Source: a bacterium (lineage in GTDB: Bacteria > Patescibacteriota > Gracilibacteria > Peribacterales > Peribacteraceae). From it: DNA of 64,000 nucleotides. Positions 1-7,814 of the stretch are shown here, in pieces. The number at the start of each line of letters is the position of its first letter. The stretch's first letter is position 1. The notes below the pieces were generated by a model. The model worked only from the letters and a program-made list of their open reading frames with translations, made no database searches and was not told the origin of the DNA. Position numbers and translations under genes: made by a program. The DNA lies in NCBI GenBank assembly GCA_027623015.1, contig JAQBVR010000003.1, positions 2,197 through 66,196 of the forward strand, in the 5' to 3' direction.

Positions 1-108
1 CATCTCACTATGCATGTCTGGTCCATGAAGGAATCTATCGGGGTAGAGAATCGCGAGGGCAATGACTGGGATAAGAGTGAGTCCGAGGAAGGTGGAGATG
101 CGTTTCAT
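1..108 (-). CDS. Hypothetical protein, N-terminal fragment (runs off the window)
   Basis: ATG at 108-106 reads MKRISTFLGLTLIPVIALAILYPDRF..., a hydrophobic signal/TM-like N-terminus. Only 36 codons are visible. Confidence 0.35.
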   Translation of the reverse strand, partial: MKRISTFLGLTLIPVIALAILYPDRFLHGPDMHSEM

Positions 109-232
109 AGAGAAGAAGGGGATTTGTACATATGAGGTTTTCGCTTGGGTACAAGCATAGTATGGATAGCCTATACTTCTCAATATTAATTGACTGTACA
201 AATAAATTATACAGGCGTAGAATCGCAACATT

Positions 233-904
233 ATGGTGTTACATCTGCACGATTCAGAGGTTGTTACATCTGACGAATTACTCGCCAGGGAGATAGAGAA
301 TGAAATGGAATGGGTAGAGTTTCTCTTGAAATATGATCTTGATGCAGCAGAGAAGATTGCTGCTGCACATGAGATGATTACCTGCGGTAATGAGAAGAGC
401 TTGAAACCATGGCAGTGTGTGATGGAGTTTATGAAAAGGAATAAGACAGATGCTGAACGTATCTTGCGTGACCCTGTCATCATCATGCTTCGTGCAGATT
501 TTGAAGATCGCTTTCAAAAACTATTTGATTTTCAGACTGGTAGAAACCGTGACGTAGTAGATGCATTCGATAAGCGTATACATGTGCATGCTAAAGAAGT
601 AACTACAGGCATTCATTGTTTTAGACACTTGGTCAATGAAAACCTTGTTGGTGCGTCACAACTTACTCTTCAAGAAGCTGAGCTACGCGTAGAGTCGAGA
701 GTGACTTCGACAATATATGAGCAGGCTACAGACTTTGCTAAAGCAAATCCCCGAATAGTATCGGGTATAGTTATTACGAGTTATTCGCCAATTGTAGATT
801 CTAACGGCAATATAGATACTGAAAATAAGAAACCCCTTGGATTTGTAGTTGCTGGTCCTGGGTTTGCAAAGCATCTGGGCTTTCCAGAAGAAATGGCAGC
901 ATAG
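233..904 (+). CDS. Hypothetical cytoplasmic protein (223 aa)
   Basis: Long ORF with no recognisable motifs. TAGAAT lies 9 nt upstream of the ATG. Confidence 0.6.
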   Translation: MVLHLHDSEVVTSDELLAREIENEMEWVEFLLKYDLDAAEKIAAAHEMITCGNEKSLKPWQCVMEFMKRNKTDAERILRDPVIIMLRADFEDRFQKLFDFQTGRNRDVVDAFDKRIHVHAKEVTTGIHCFRHLVNENLVGASQLTLQEAELRVESRVTSTIYEQATDFAKANPRIVSGIVITSYSPIVDSNGNIDTENKKPLGFVVAGPGFAKHLGFPEEMAA

Positions 905-967
905 CTCTATGAGGGGGAGAAGTTTACTTGCCATCTATGTATTTTACGTTACAATACCTGAAATACT

Positions 968-2017
968 ATGATTTCACAGCCAATACTACCGGCATCTACA
1001 GATCCGAAAGACTTCGTGATAGCTACCATTGGGAGTCACTCTGCTTTGCAGATCCTAAAAGGAGCTCGAGATGAGGGCCTGCGGAACTTGGTTATCTGTA
1101 AGAAGGGAACAGAAGATGTGTACAAGAGATACGGTGTCGCAGATGAGGTGATTGTTATAGATGACTGGAGTGAGTGGGACAGTAAGGTGGAAGAGGAGCT
1201 TATCAAGCGCAATGCTATCGTTATTCCTCATGGGTCGTTCATCGCATATATGGGTCATGACAAAGTAGGAACTATGCAGTCTATGTACTACGGAACGAAA
1301 GAGATACTGCACTGGGAGAGTGATAGAAAAATGGAGCGACAGTGGCTTGAGGCATCGAACCTCAAGCTCCCCAAGGTTCTCGAGAAGCCAGAAGACATCG
1401 ACCGTTCTGTTATCATAAAATTCCATGGAGCAGGTGGTGGATTTGGGTATTTTATCGCCAACACTCCAGAGCAGTTTTACGAAGTGAAGAACCGTAAGTA
1501 TCCAGATCAAAATGATTTCGTTATTCAAGAGTATGTTGTCGGCGTACCGATCTACGCACATTACTTTTACTCTCCTATTACACAGGAGTTAGAGATTATG
1601 AGTTTCGACAAACGCTACGAGAGTAATGCAGACTCTATTGGTCGTATAAAAGCTGCAGACCAGCTTGCTGCAAACATCCATACGAGTTATACGATCGTTG
1701 GAAACATCCCTATTGTCGTTCGTGAGTCTCTCCTACCTGAGTTCTTCACGATGGGAGAGAACGTGGTGGAACAGAGCAAAAAGCTCTGTGGCAAAGGCTT
1801 ATTTGGACCGTTTTGCCTAGAGTGCATCGTTACACGAAAGCTTGAGATACTCGTGTTTGAGATCAGTGCACGAATCGTTGCTGGAACGAATCCCTTCGTC
1901 GAAGGTTCTCCCTACACTGCTCTGAAGTATGACGTTCCGATGAGTACAGGTCGCAGGATATCTCGAGACATCAAAGAGGCGATAGAGTCTGGGAGGTTGG
2001 AGGAGGTACTGGGGTAG
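968..2017 (+). CDS. purP: 5-formaminoimidazole-4-carboxamide ribonucleotide (FAICAR) synthetase, archaeal PurP type (ATP-grasp)
   Basis: IATIGSHSALQILKGARDEG, PHGSFIAY, WESDR, KFHGAGGGFGYFIA, SFDKRYESN, GNIPIVVRESLLP and FEISARIVAGTN all match my memory of the Methanocaldococcus PurP layout. Confidence 0.85.
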   Translation: MISQPILPASTDPKDFVIATIGSHSALQILKGARDEGLRNLVICKKGTEDVYKRYGVADEVIVIDDWSEWDSKVEEELIKRNAIVIPHGSFIAYMGHDKVGTMQSMYYGTKEILHWESDRKMERQWLEASNLKLPKVLEKPEDIDRSVIIKFHGAGGGFGYFIANTPEQFYEVKNRKYPDQNDFVIQEYVVGVPIYAHYFYSPITQELEIMSFDKRYESNADSIGRIKAADQLAANIHTSYTIVGNIPIVVRESLLPEFFTMGENVVEQSKKLCGKGLFGPFCLECIVTRKLEILVFEISARIVAGTNPFVEGSPYTALKYDVPMSTGRRISRDIKEAIESGRLEEVLG

Positions 2018-2044
2018 TTGCGGGTTGCGGGTTACGAGTTGCGT
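2017..2044 (+). repeat. Tandem heptamers GTTGCGG GTTGCGG GTTACGA GTTGCGT between the two purP genes
   Basis: Read directly; the array starts on the last base of the purP1 stop codon. Confidence 0.85.
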
Positions 2045-2086
2045 GTTATTCTTCACTCATATTTCATATCTGATACACTACTGTCA

Positions 2087-3244
2087 ATGGATACAACTAA
2101 ACTCCTCGACGGCTACGATCTTTCCAACATCTCCGTTGGAGTCCTTGGCGGACACAGTGCTCTCGATGTTTGTAGTGGCGCAAAAAAACACGGGCTCAAG
2201 ACTGTTTGCATCGCGAGAGAGGGGAGAGAAAAAACGTATTCGCAGTATTATCGGGTCAGGGAGTCGGGAGTCGGGAGTAGGGAAATGGTAGGATGTATCG
2301 ATGAAGTAATCGTAAAACCAAAGTTTAGTGATGTACTCGAAGAAGAGGTCCAACATAAGCTCAGAAGTATGAACACAATATTTGTACATAATAGGTATTT
2401 TTGGGTCTACTTTGATGACTTTTCCAAAGTAGAAAACGACTTCCATGTTCCCATCTTTGGCTCTCGTGCTCTCATCAAGATCGAAGAGCGTGACCAACAG
2501 TTCAACCAGTACCACCTCCTCGAGTTTGCAGGCATTCGCATTCCGCGCATCTTCGCAACACCAGATGATTTGGACGGTCGACTGTGCATCGTGAAAGCAA
2601 GTGAAGCAGCACGTGGGTACGAGCGGGCATTTTTCCTTGCTACCGATAAAAAGAGTTGGGAACACGAAGGGGCACGCCTAGAGAAGGAGGGGCTCGTTGG
2701 TCCAGACTGGAGAGATGCGACTATCGAAGAGTTTGTCCTCGGTGCTCCGGTGAACTTCAACTTCTTCTATAGTCCACTCACAGGTGAGCTCGAACTGTTG
2801 GGAACAGATATGCGTCGTCAGACAAACCTCGATGGCTTCCTTCGTCTTACTGCAGATCAGCAGGCGATCGCGCTGAAGCATGTAGACCTGAAGATGATCG
2901 AGACAGGGCATGTGTCTTGTACGGTAAAGGAGTCCATCCTCGAGAAGGCATTCACGATGGGAGAGAAGTTTGTAGCAGAAACACAGAAGCTCTCACCAAT
3001 TGTCGATCCGTCTGGCAAAGGCATCATCGGACCATTTGCACTGCAAGGTGCTGTGGTTGCAGAAGAGGGGAAAGAGGACATCGTCATCTTCGACGTAAGC
3101 TTCCGCATCCCTGGGAGTCCTGGGTCAAAGGCCACACCGTACTCAGGGTACCTTCATGGAGAGAACATCTCTGTAGGAGAAAGGGTAGCTATGGAGATCA
3201 AATCAGCAATAGAGAGTGGCAGGGTGGAGGAGATCATTACGTAG
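2087..3244 (+). CDS. purP: PurP-family paralogue (FAICAR synthetase-like ATP-grasp)
   Basis: VGVLGGHSALDVCSGAKKHG, FFYSPLTGELELLGTDMR, GHVSCTVKESIL, FDVSFRIPGSPG. The start is taken at the internal ATG (MDTTKLL). The track ORF from 2018 starts inside a heptamer repeat. Confidence 0.8.
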   Translation: MDTTKLLDGYDLSNISVGVLGGHSALDVCSGAKKHGLKTVCIAREGREKTYSQYYRVRESGVGSREMVGCIDEVIVKPKFSDVLEEEVQHKLRSMNTIFVHNRYFWVYFDDFSKVENDFHVPIFGSRALIKIEERDQQFNQYHLLEFAGIRIPRIFATPDDLDGRLCIVKASEAARGYERAFFLATDKKSWEHEGARLEKEGLVGPDWRDATIEEFVLGAPVNFNFFYSPLTGELELLGTDMRRQTNLDGFLRLTADQQAIALKHVDLKMIETGHVSCTVKESILEKAFTMGEKFVAETQKLSPIVDPSGKGIIGPFALQGAVVAEEGKEDIVIFDVSFRIPGSPGSKATPYSGYLHGENISVGERVAMEIKSAIESGRVEEIIT

Positions 3245-3251
3245 CTTGTCT

Positions 3252-3815
3252 ATGTCATCTGATCAACAAAAATGCGCATGGGCCCTCATGGGAAATGCTT
3301 TGTATGAGCAGTATCACGATGAAGACTGGGGAGTTCCTCTCCATGACGACCAGAAGCTTTTTGAGTTCTTGATCCTCGAAGGAGCACAGGCAGGACTTTC
3401 GTGGAGTACGATCCTCAATAAAAGAGATGAGTACCGCAAAGCGTTCGATAACTTCGATCCGAAGAAAGTAGCTGCCTATGGTGAAAAGAAGGCTGCTGAA
3501 CTTTTGGGCAACGCAGGTATCGTGCGCAATAAACTCAAGATCGCATCTGCGACGCGTAATGCAAAGGTGTATCTGGAGATCCAAAAGGAGTTTGGCTCTT
3601 TTGATGTGTACATCTGGGAGTTTGTTGGCAATACTCCTATCCAAAATGCTCGGAAGTCTATGTCTGAGATCCCAGCACTCACAGAGATATCGGATGCTAT
3701 AGCCAAGGACCTAAAGAAGAGGGGAATGAACTTCGTTGGCTCTACCATCATCTATGCGTTCATGCAGGCAGTAGGCATGGTAAATGACCATGAGATAACG
3801 TGCCCTTCGTATTAG
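3252..3815 (+). CDS. tag: DNA-3-methyladenine glycosylase I
   Basis: YHDEDWGVP, FEFLILEGAQAGLSWSTIL, RNKLKIAS, FVGSTIIYAFMQAVGMVNDH. Start taken at the internal ATG MSSDQQKCAW. Confidence 0.85.
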   Translation: MSSDQQKCAWALMGNALYEQYHDEDWGVPLHDDQKLFEFLILEGAQAGLSWSTILNKRDEYRKAFDNFDPKKVAAYGEKKAAELLGNAGIVRNKLKIASATRNAKVYLEIQKEFGSFDVYIWEFVGNTPIQNARKSMSEIPALTEISDAIAKDLKKRGMNFVGSTIIYAFMQAVGMVNDHEITCPSY

Positions 3816-3862
3816 ATATTAATTTGGTTACGTCATATAAAAACATAGAGTAAAATGAATAT

Positions 3863-4546
3863 GTGAATGATGATACGAATAAGAAAATAGAGGCAGTTAT
3901 TTTGGACATGGATGGCTTGATGATTGATTCGGAAGTCATTTTTCTTGAAGCACTCAAAAAATCATCAGCAACATTTGGCCATGATATGGAGTCAGATTTT
4001 TTCCTTTGTTGCATAGGAAGAACTGACGCAGATACTAAAAAAATGATTCAAGAAGAATTTGGTTCTGATTTTCCAGTAGAAAATATGTATATGAAAACAA
4101 AAGAAATTTTCAATCAAATGAGAAGAGCTGGTCAAATAAAGAAGAAAAAAGGATTAATGGCACTTGTCCATTTCTTACAGTCTAATAACATACCAAGAGC
4201 CATTGCCAGCTCATCTGAAAAGAATGTAATAGCGGATAATTTGAAACTACAGGGCTTAGAAGATGCATTCCTTCATTTTGTAGGTGGCGATCAAGTTTTA
4301 CGTGGAAAGCCAGATCCTGAAATATACCTTGCTGCTGCATCACTGATAGATTTCGAGCCATCCAGTTGTGTTGTATTGGAAGATTCAGAACCAGGTATAA
4401 GGGCAGCAAATGCAGCAGGGATGACAACTATTCTGATACCAGACATCGTAAAGCCATCAGATGAGATTCAACAGATAGCAAATATAGTACTTCCATCACT
4501 TATTGAAGCTACGTCTCACCTTAAGAGGGTGCTAAAACTCTCATAA
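3863..4546 (+). CDS. HAD-IA family hydrolase (beta-phosphoglucomutase/phosphatase-like)
   Basis: Motif I AVILDMDGLMIDSE, motif II ASSS, KPDPEIYL, and motif IV VVLEDSEPGIRAANAAG. GTG start 6 nt after TAAAAT. Confidence 0.8.
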   Translation: MNDDTNKKIEAVILDMDGLMIDSEVIFLEALKKSSATFGHDMESDFFLCCIGRTDADTKKMIQEEFGSDFPVENMYMKTKEIFNQMRRAGQIKKKKGLMALVHFLQSNNIPRAIASSSEKNVIADNLKLQGLEDAFLHFVGGDQVLRGKPDPEIYLAAASLIDFEPSSCVVLEDSEPGIRAANAAGMTTILIPDIVKPSDEIQQIANIVLPSLIEATSHLKRVLKLS

Positions 4547-4602
4547 AAATACTCTTATACAAATTGATACCATCTCAATAGTTCCCTATAGTAGCCGTCA
4601 GT

Positions 4603-4679
4603 GGGGCTGTAGCTCAGCTGGTTAGAGCACCTGCTTTGCAAGCAGGGGGTCAGGAGTTCGAATCTCCTCAGCTCCACCA
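4603..4679 (+). tRNA. tRNA-Ala (anticodon TGC), CCA encoded
   Basis: GGGGCTG acceptor stem pairs with CAGCTCC. AGCTCAGCTGGTTAGAGC D-arm, anticodon loop CTTTGCAAG, GGTTCGAATCC-like T-arm, G3:T70-type Ala identity region, ACCA tail. Confidence 0.95.
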
Positions 4680-4703
4680 CACCTCACATGTGAGGTGTGG
4701 TGG
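4674..4703 (+). terminator. Perfect 30-nt palindrome overlapping the tRNA-Ala 3' end
   Basis: CCACCACACCTCACA|TGTGAGGTGTGGTGG. The left arm includes the discriminator base and CCA. Confidence 0.6.
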
Positions 4704-4940
4704 ACTTCTTTGCTATGTATGGTTGGCAAGTTACGCAAAAGCGAAGGATGATATAATGCATAGATTATTAACTCCAATATCTGTCTATTTTAGATATTTC
4801 TCAGTAAACTTTATCGCATGGATAATGCTAAAGATTCATCTCTGGAGGGGGGTGTAACTCCTACGTCACCCCCTTGGTTCAGCATTGAACCAATGGATCT
4901 GCTATCTGGCCTTAGGTCCTTCAGATAGCACGTTATTCTA

Positions 4941-4990
4941 GCCAGGTGCATTGATATCCTCCAAATATCAAGCACCTGGCATCTTTATTG
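4941..4990 (+). terminator. Hairpin plus T-tract (GCCAGGTGCATTGATAT...ATATCAAGCACCTGGC ATCTTTATT)
   Basis: About a 16-bp stem with one bulge, followed by a T-rich run on the + strand. It lies just past the stop of the minus-strand ORF 4985..5230. Confidence 0.55.
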
Positions 4991-5230
4991 AAGATTCTCT
5001 CCCGTTGGAATGATGGCAATAAGAGGTGCGAAGAAGATGTCTGTTGTGCCAGTCATTCGCGCTATGGAGAAGAAGACGAGTAATGTTCCACAGATCATCA
5101 TCAATCCGTAGATCCCTCCGCAGTAGCGCATCCATTCTGCTTCTCCGATCATATCACCTGCACTTTCTCGCCATTTGATCATGGCGACCCCAATAAGGAT
5201 GAGCGATAGATTGATGAAAAAGTTAGCCAT
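4985..5230 (-). CDS. Small integral membrane protein (81 aa)
   Basis: Two to three hydrophobic helices. TATAGT (rc of 5239-5244) lies 8 nt upstream of the ATG. Confidence 0.5.
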   Translation of the reverse strand: MANFFINLSLILIGVAMIKWRESAGDMIGEAEWMRYCGGIYGLMMICGTLLVFFSIARMTGTTDIFFAPLIAIIPTGENLQ

Positions 5231-5272
5231 TGCTAACTACTATAGCGTTTAGTAGTAGTAGGTGACAATGTA

Positions 5273-5593
5273 TTATCCAATGACGGCGTCGAGTTCTTTG
5301 GCAATGTCCTCTTTGGACTTGGCACCAACGAACGTCTGCTCTACTTTTCCACCCTTGATAATGAGGAACGTGGGGATGCTCATGACACTGTACTTCTGTG
5401 CAGTTTCAGAGTTTTCATCGACGTTAATCTTCACAACTTTTGCCTTACCATCATAGTCTTTTGTGATCTCATCCATGATAGGAAGCATCGTCTTACATGG
5501 ACCACACCATGGCGCCCAGAAGTCTACAAGTACAGGTGTATCGGACTTCATTACCTCTGCTTCAAATGTATCGTCGGTGACTTCGGTGGCCAT
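5273..5593 (-). CDS. trxA: Thioredoxin
   Basis: VLVDFWAPWCGPCK active site; 106 aa; canonical layout. Confidence 0.95.
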   Translation of the reverse strand: MATEVTDDTFEAEVMKSDTPVLVDFWAPWCGPCKTMLPIMDEITKDYDGKAKVVKINVDENSETAQKYSVMSIPTFLIIKGGKVEQTFVGAKSKEDIAKELDAVIG

Positions 5594-5690
5594 AGTTTTT
5601 TAGGGGAAAAGTACATACGCATTATACTGCGGATACTGCTTCTTGATCAATGAATGTTTGGAGATAATGTGACGGGGGTTACGTTTCTTG

Positions 5691-5755
5691 GTTATAGGTT
5701 GTACGTTGTAAGTTGTTGGTTTCTTTGCAAAACTTATAACGTACAACTATTTTTC
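5691..5755. repeat. Period-7 repeat hairpin (GGTTATA GGTTGTA CGTTGTA AGTTGTT ... AACTTATAACGTACAACTAT)
   Basis: Arms ATAGGTTGTACGTTGTAAGTT and AACTTATAACGTACAACTAT are near-complementary. The element lies between the pgi stop and the trxA start. Confidence 0.7.
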
Positions 5756-5765
5756 GTATCAAGTA

Positions 5766-7040
5766 TTAACTTCCTCCTAGTATTTTCTTTGTAATATTTT
5801 TCCCTACCTCAACACCTGGTTGTCCATAGGGATCTATGCGGTAGAGTTTGCCAAGAAGTATGACTTCGACCATGAGGAGAAAGAACAGCTGGCCAAGATA
5901 ATACGCATCGAGTCGGGGGAGTGTCAGTGTAGCATGGGGGCGTTTTGCTGATGTGAGTGCTTGGCTTGTTCCTTGGTAGCAGGCGTCGAGGAGTTCGTTG
6001 AACTGTTTGCCTGAGACATAGTTGAACGACTCTTCTATCTCTTCTGGCACGGTGATGTCCGGACCTTCGAGCACACGGATGAAGAGGTGCCACATCTTGT
6101 ATGGTCCTTGCATCCATTGCTGCAAGAGAGAATGTTGATCTTGTGTGCCGATAGCAGCAAGTGGGATGGGGTTATGTAGTTCTGTTTTCCCGAGACTTTC
6201 TGCTATGAGTTGCTGGTTCCATCGTGAGACGGATTCGAGCTGTTGTGCATATGGCATGATCACACGGATAGGGTATCCACGTTTTGTGTCGAGGAGGAAT
6301 TGCACAGTTGCAAGTAGCGCAGCAGGGTTTTCTTCCAAGGATGTATTTTGACAGATAGTGTCCATCTCCTTAGCCCCCTTTGTGAACTGGTCGATGTCTC
6401 CATCGAGTAAAGCCATGCTGAGGAGGCCGATAGGTGTGAATATGGAGTACCTTCCTCCAACATCAGATGGAATAGATAACATCGTGATGCCATGCTCAAG
6501 GCTGAAACTGCGAAGCTTTCCGGAATCAGGATCTGTAAGAGCGATGACGCGGTCTGCAGCCCTTTCTCCCATTGCATGTTTTAAGAGAGACCAACATAGA
6601 CCAAAGACACTCATAGGCTCTAGCGTTCCTCCAGACTTACTGGCCACTACGATAAGTGTCTGCTTCCAGTCAACGATCTTGCTATAGAGGTCGAGGACTG
6701 AGGGGTCTATGGTGTCGAGCAAGATAAACTCGATGGTGTCGGGACTTTCAAATACTTCTTGGATCACTTTTGGTCCGAGACCAGATCCACCAATACCGAT
6801 CCAGACTACTGTTCGGATTTTTTCCGTTTTTACTCGCATCGCAGCTTCGCGAACTTGTTCGATCATACTTTTATCGTAGGGATTCATAGACCAACCATGT
6901 TTCCCAGCTTCGCGCTCTTTCAAAAAGTCTGTTATGTAGCGCTTCATACTCGTGTATTGACCAGTTAGATCTTGGTCGGGGATACCTTTCGATGCAGTGA
7001 TGGATTTGGCAAGGCTGCCAGTGATATCGAGTGTTATCAT
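5766..7040 (-). CDS. pgi: Glucose-6-phosphate isomerase (short type)
   Basis: WIGIGGSGLGP, ASKSGGTLEP, DVGGRYSIFTPIGL. Confidence 0.9.
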   Translation of the reverse strand: MITLDITGSLAKSITASKGIPDQDLTGQYTSMKRYITDFLKEREAGKHGWSMNPYDKSMIEQVREAAMRVKTEKIRTVVWIGIGGSGLGPKVIQEVFESPDTIEFILLDTIDPSVLDLYSKIVDWKQTLIVVASKSGGTLEPMSVFGLCWSLLKHAMGERAADRVIALTDPDSGKLRSFSLEHGITMLSIPSDVGGRYSIFTPIGLLSMALLDGDIDQFTKGAKEMDTICQNTSLEENPAALLATVQFLLDTKRGYPIRVIMPYAQQLESVSRWNQQLIAESLGKTELHNPIPLAAIGTQDQHSLLQQWMQGPYKMWHLFIRVLEGPDITVPEEIEESFNYVSGKQFNELLDACYQGTSQALTSAKRPHATLTLPRLDAYYLGQLFFLLMVEVILLGKLYRIDPYGQPGVEVGKNITKKILGGS

Positions 7041-7090
7041 ATGAGATATACAGTACCATATGTTTGGTAAAATCTGCTACAATTACCACA

Positions 7091-7672
7091 ATGATCGCTC
7101 ATCTAAGAGGAACGGCGCATAAGCTTAAAATAGGACTCCTTATTGTAGATGTACGGGGTGTGGGATATTTGGTTTCTGTACCAATAGATTTTTGGGATAA
7201 CGTTGAGGAGGGAAAGGATATTTCACTTCATATATTTACGTACATAAAAGAAGACCGACTTGACCTGTATGGTTTTAGTGATCTATCTGGCAGAACGTTA
7301 TTTGAAGAGACAACGAAGATCTCTGGTATTGGACCAAGTTTGGGATTGGAGCTTTGCACTGTTCCTCGGTCACTTCTTGTGCAGGCTATTACATGTCAGG
7401 ACCCAGGCATTCTTACAAACATCAAAGGAATCGGGCGTAAGAAGGCTGAGAAGCTTCTACTGGATCTTAAATCTGTTATGGAGAATCAGCCTGCTATCTT
7501 CTATGCTGCTTCGGCTACCATGAATCTCATGGCAGAATATGACCAAGATGCTGTATCTGCTCTTACTGCTCTTGGATACGATCGATCCACTGCGATCCAT
7601 GCTCTCAAAGGGCTTTCAGGAGATATGAAGACAACAGAACAGAGGGTCGAAGCGGCTTTACGGAGCCTTTGA
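7091..7672 (+). CDS. ruvA: Holliday junction branch-migration complex subunit RuvA
   Basis: MIAHLRGT..., VDVRGVGYLV, ISGIGPSLGLE and IKGIGRKKAEKLLLDLK (HhH motifs). TGCTACAAT lies 7 nt upstream of the ATG. Confidence 0.9.
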   Translation: MIAHLRGTAHKLKIGLLIVDVRGVGYLVSVPIDFWDNVEEGKDISLHIFTYIKEDRLDLYGFSDLSGRTLFEETTKISGIGPSLGLELCTVPRSLLVQAITCQDPGILTNIKGIGRKKAEKLLLDLKSVMENQPAIFYAASATMNLMAEYDQDAVSALTALGYDRSTAIHALKGLSGDMKTTEQRVEAALRSL

Positions 7673-7673
7673 C

Positions 7674-7766
7674 GAAGTAATAGAAGAAATAGAAGATTCT
7701 CTGTATATGATTTCAAAAATGTATTGTACACACATACTTCCAAATCCTCTATTACCTCTATTCCTT
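7674..7766. repeat. Purine-arm/pyrimidine-arm imperfect hairpin with ACTTCCAAATCCT core
   Basis: GAAGTAATAGAAGAAATAGAAGATTC ... CCAAATCCTCTATTACCTCTATTCC. Confidence 0.65.
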
Positions 7767-7793
7767 AATAAGTTGGCAATTCAATAAATCCTA

Positions 7794-7808
7794 AAATTGT
7801 GCTATAAT
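7794..7808 (+). promoter_or_regulatory. Extended -10 promoter AAAATTGTGCTATAAT, 6 nt upstream of ATG 7815
   Basis: TGCTATAAT fits the TGnTATAAT consensus. The 17-mer AAAATTGTGCTATAATA is identical at 10171-10187. Confidence 0.55.
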
Positions 7809-7814
7809 AGCCTG

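Noticed and set aside
4636-4857. 73-aa + strand ORF.
   Set aside because: It starts inside tRNA-Ala and runs through the trailer palindrome. It is an artefact of ORF calling.
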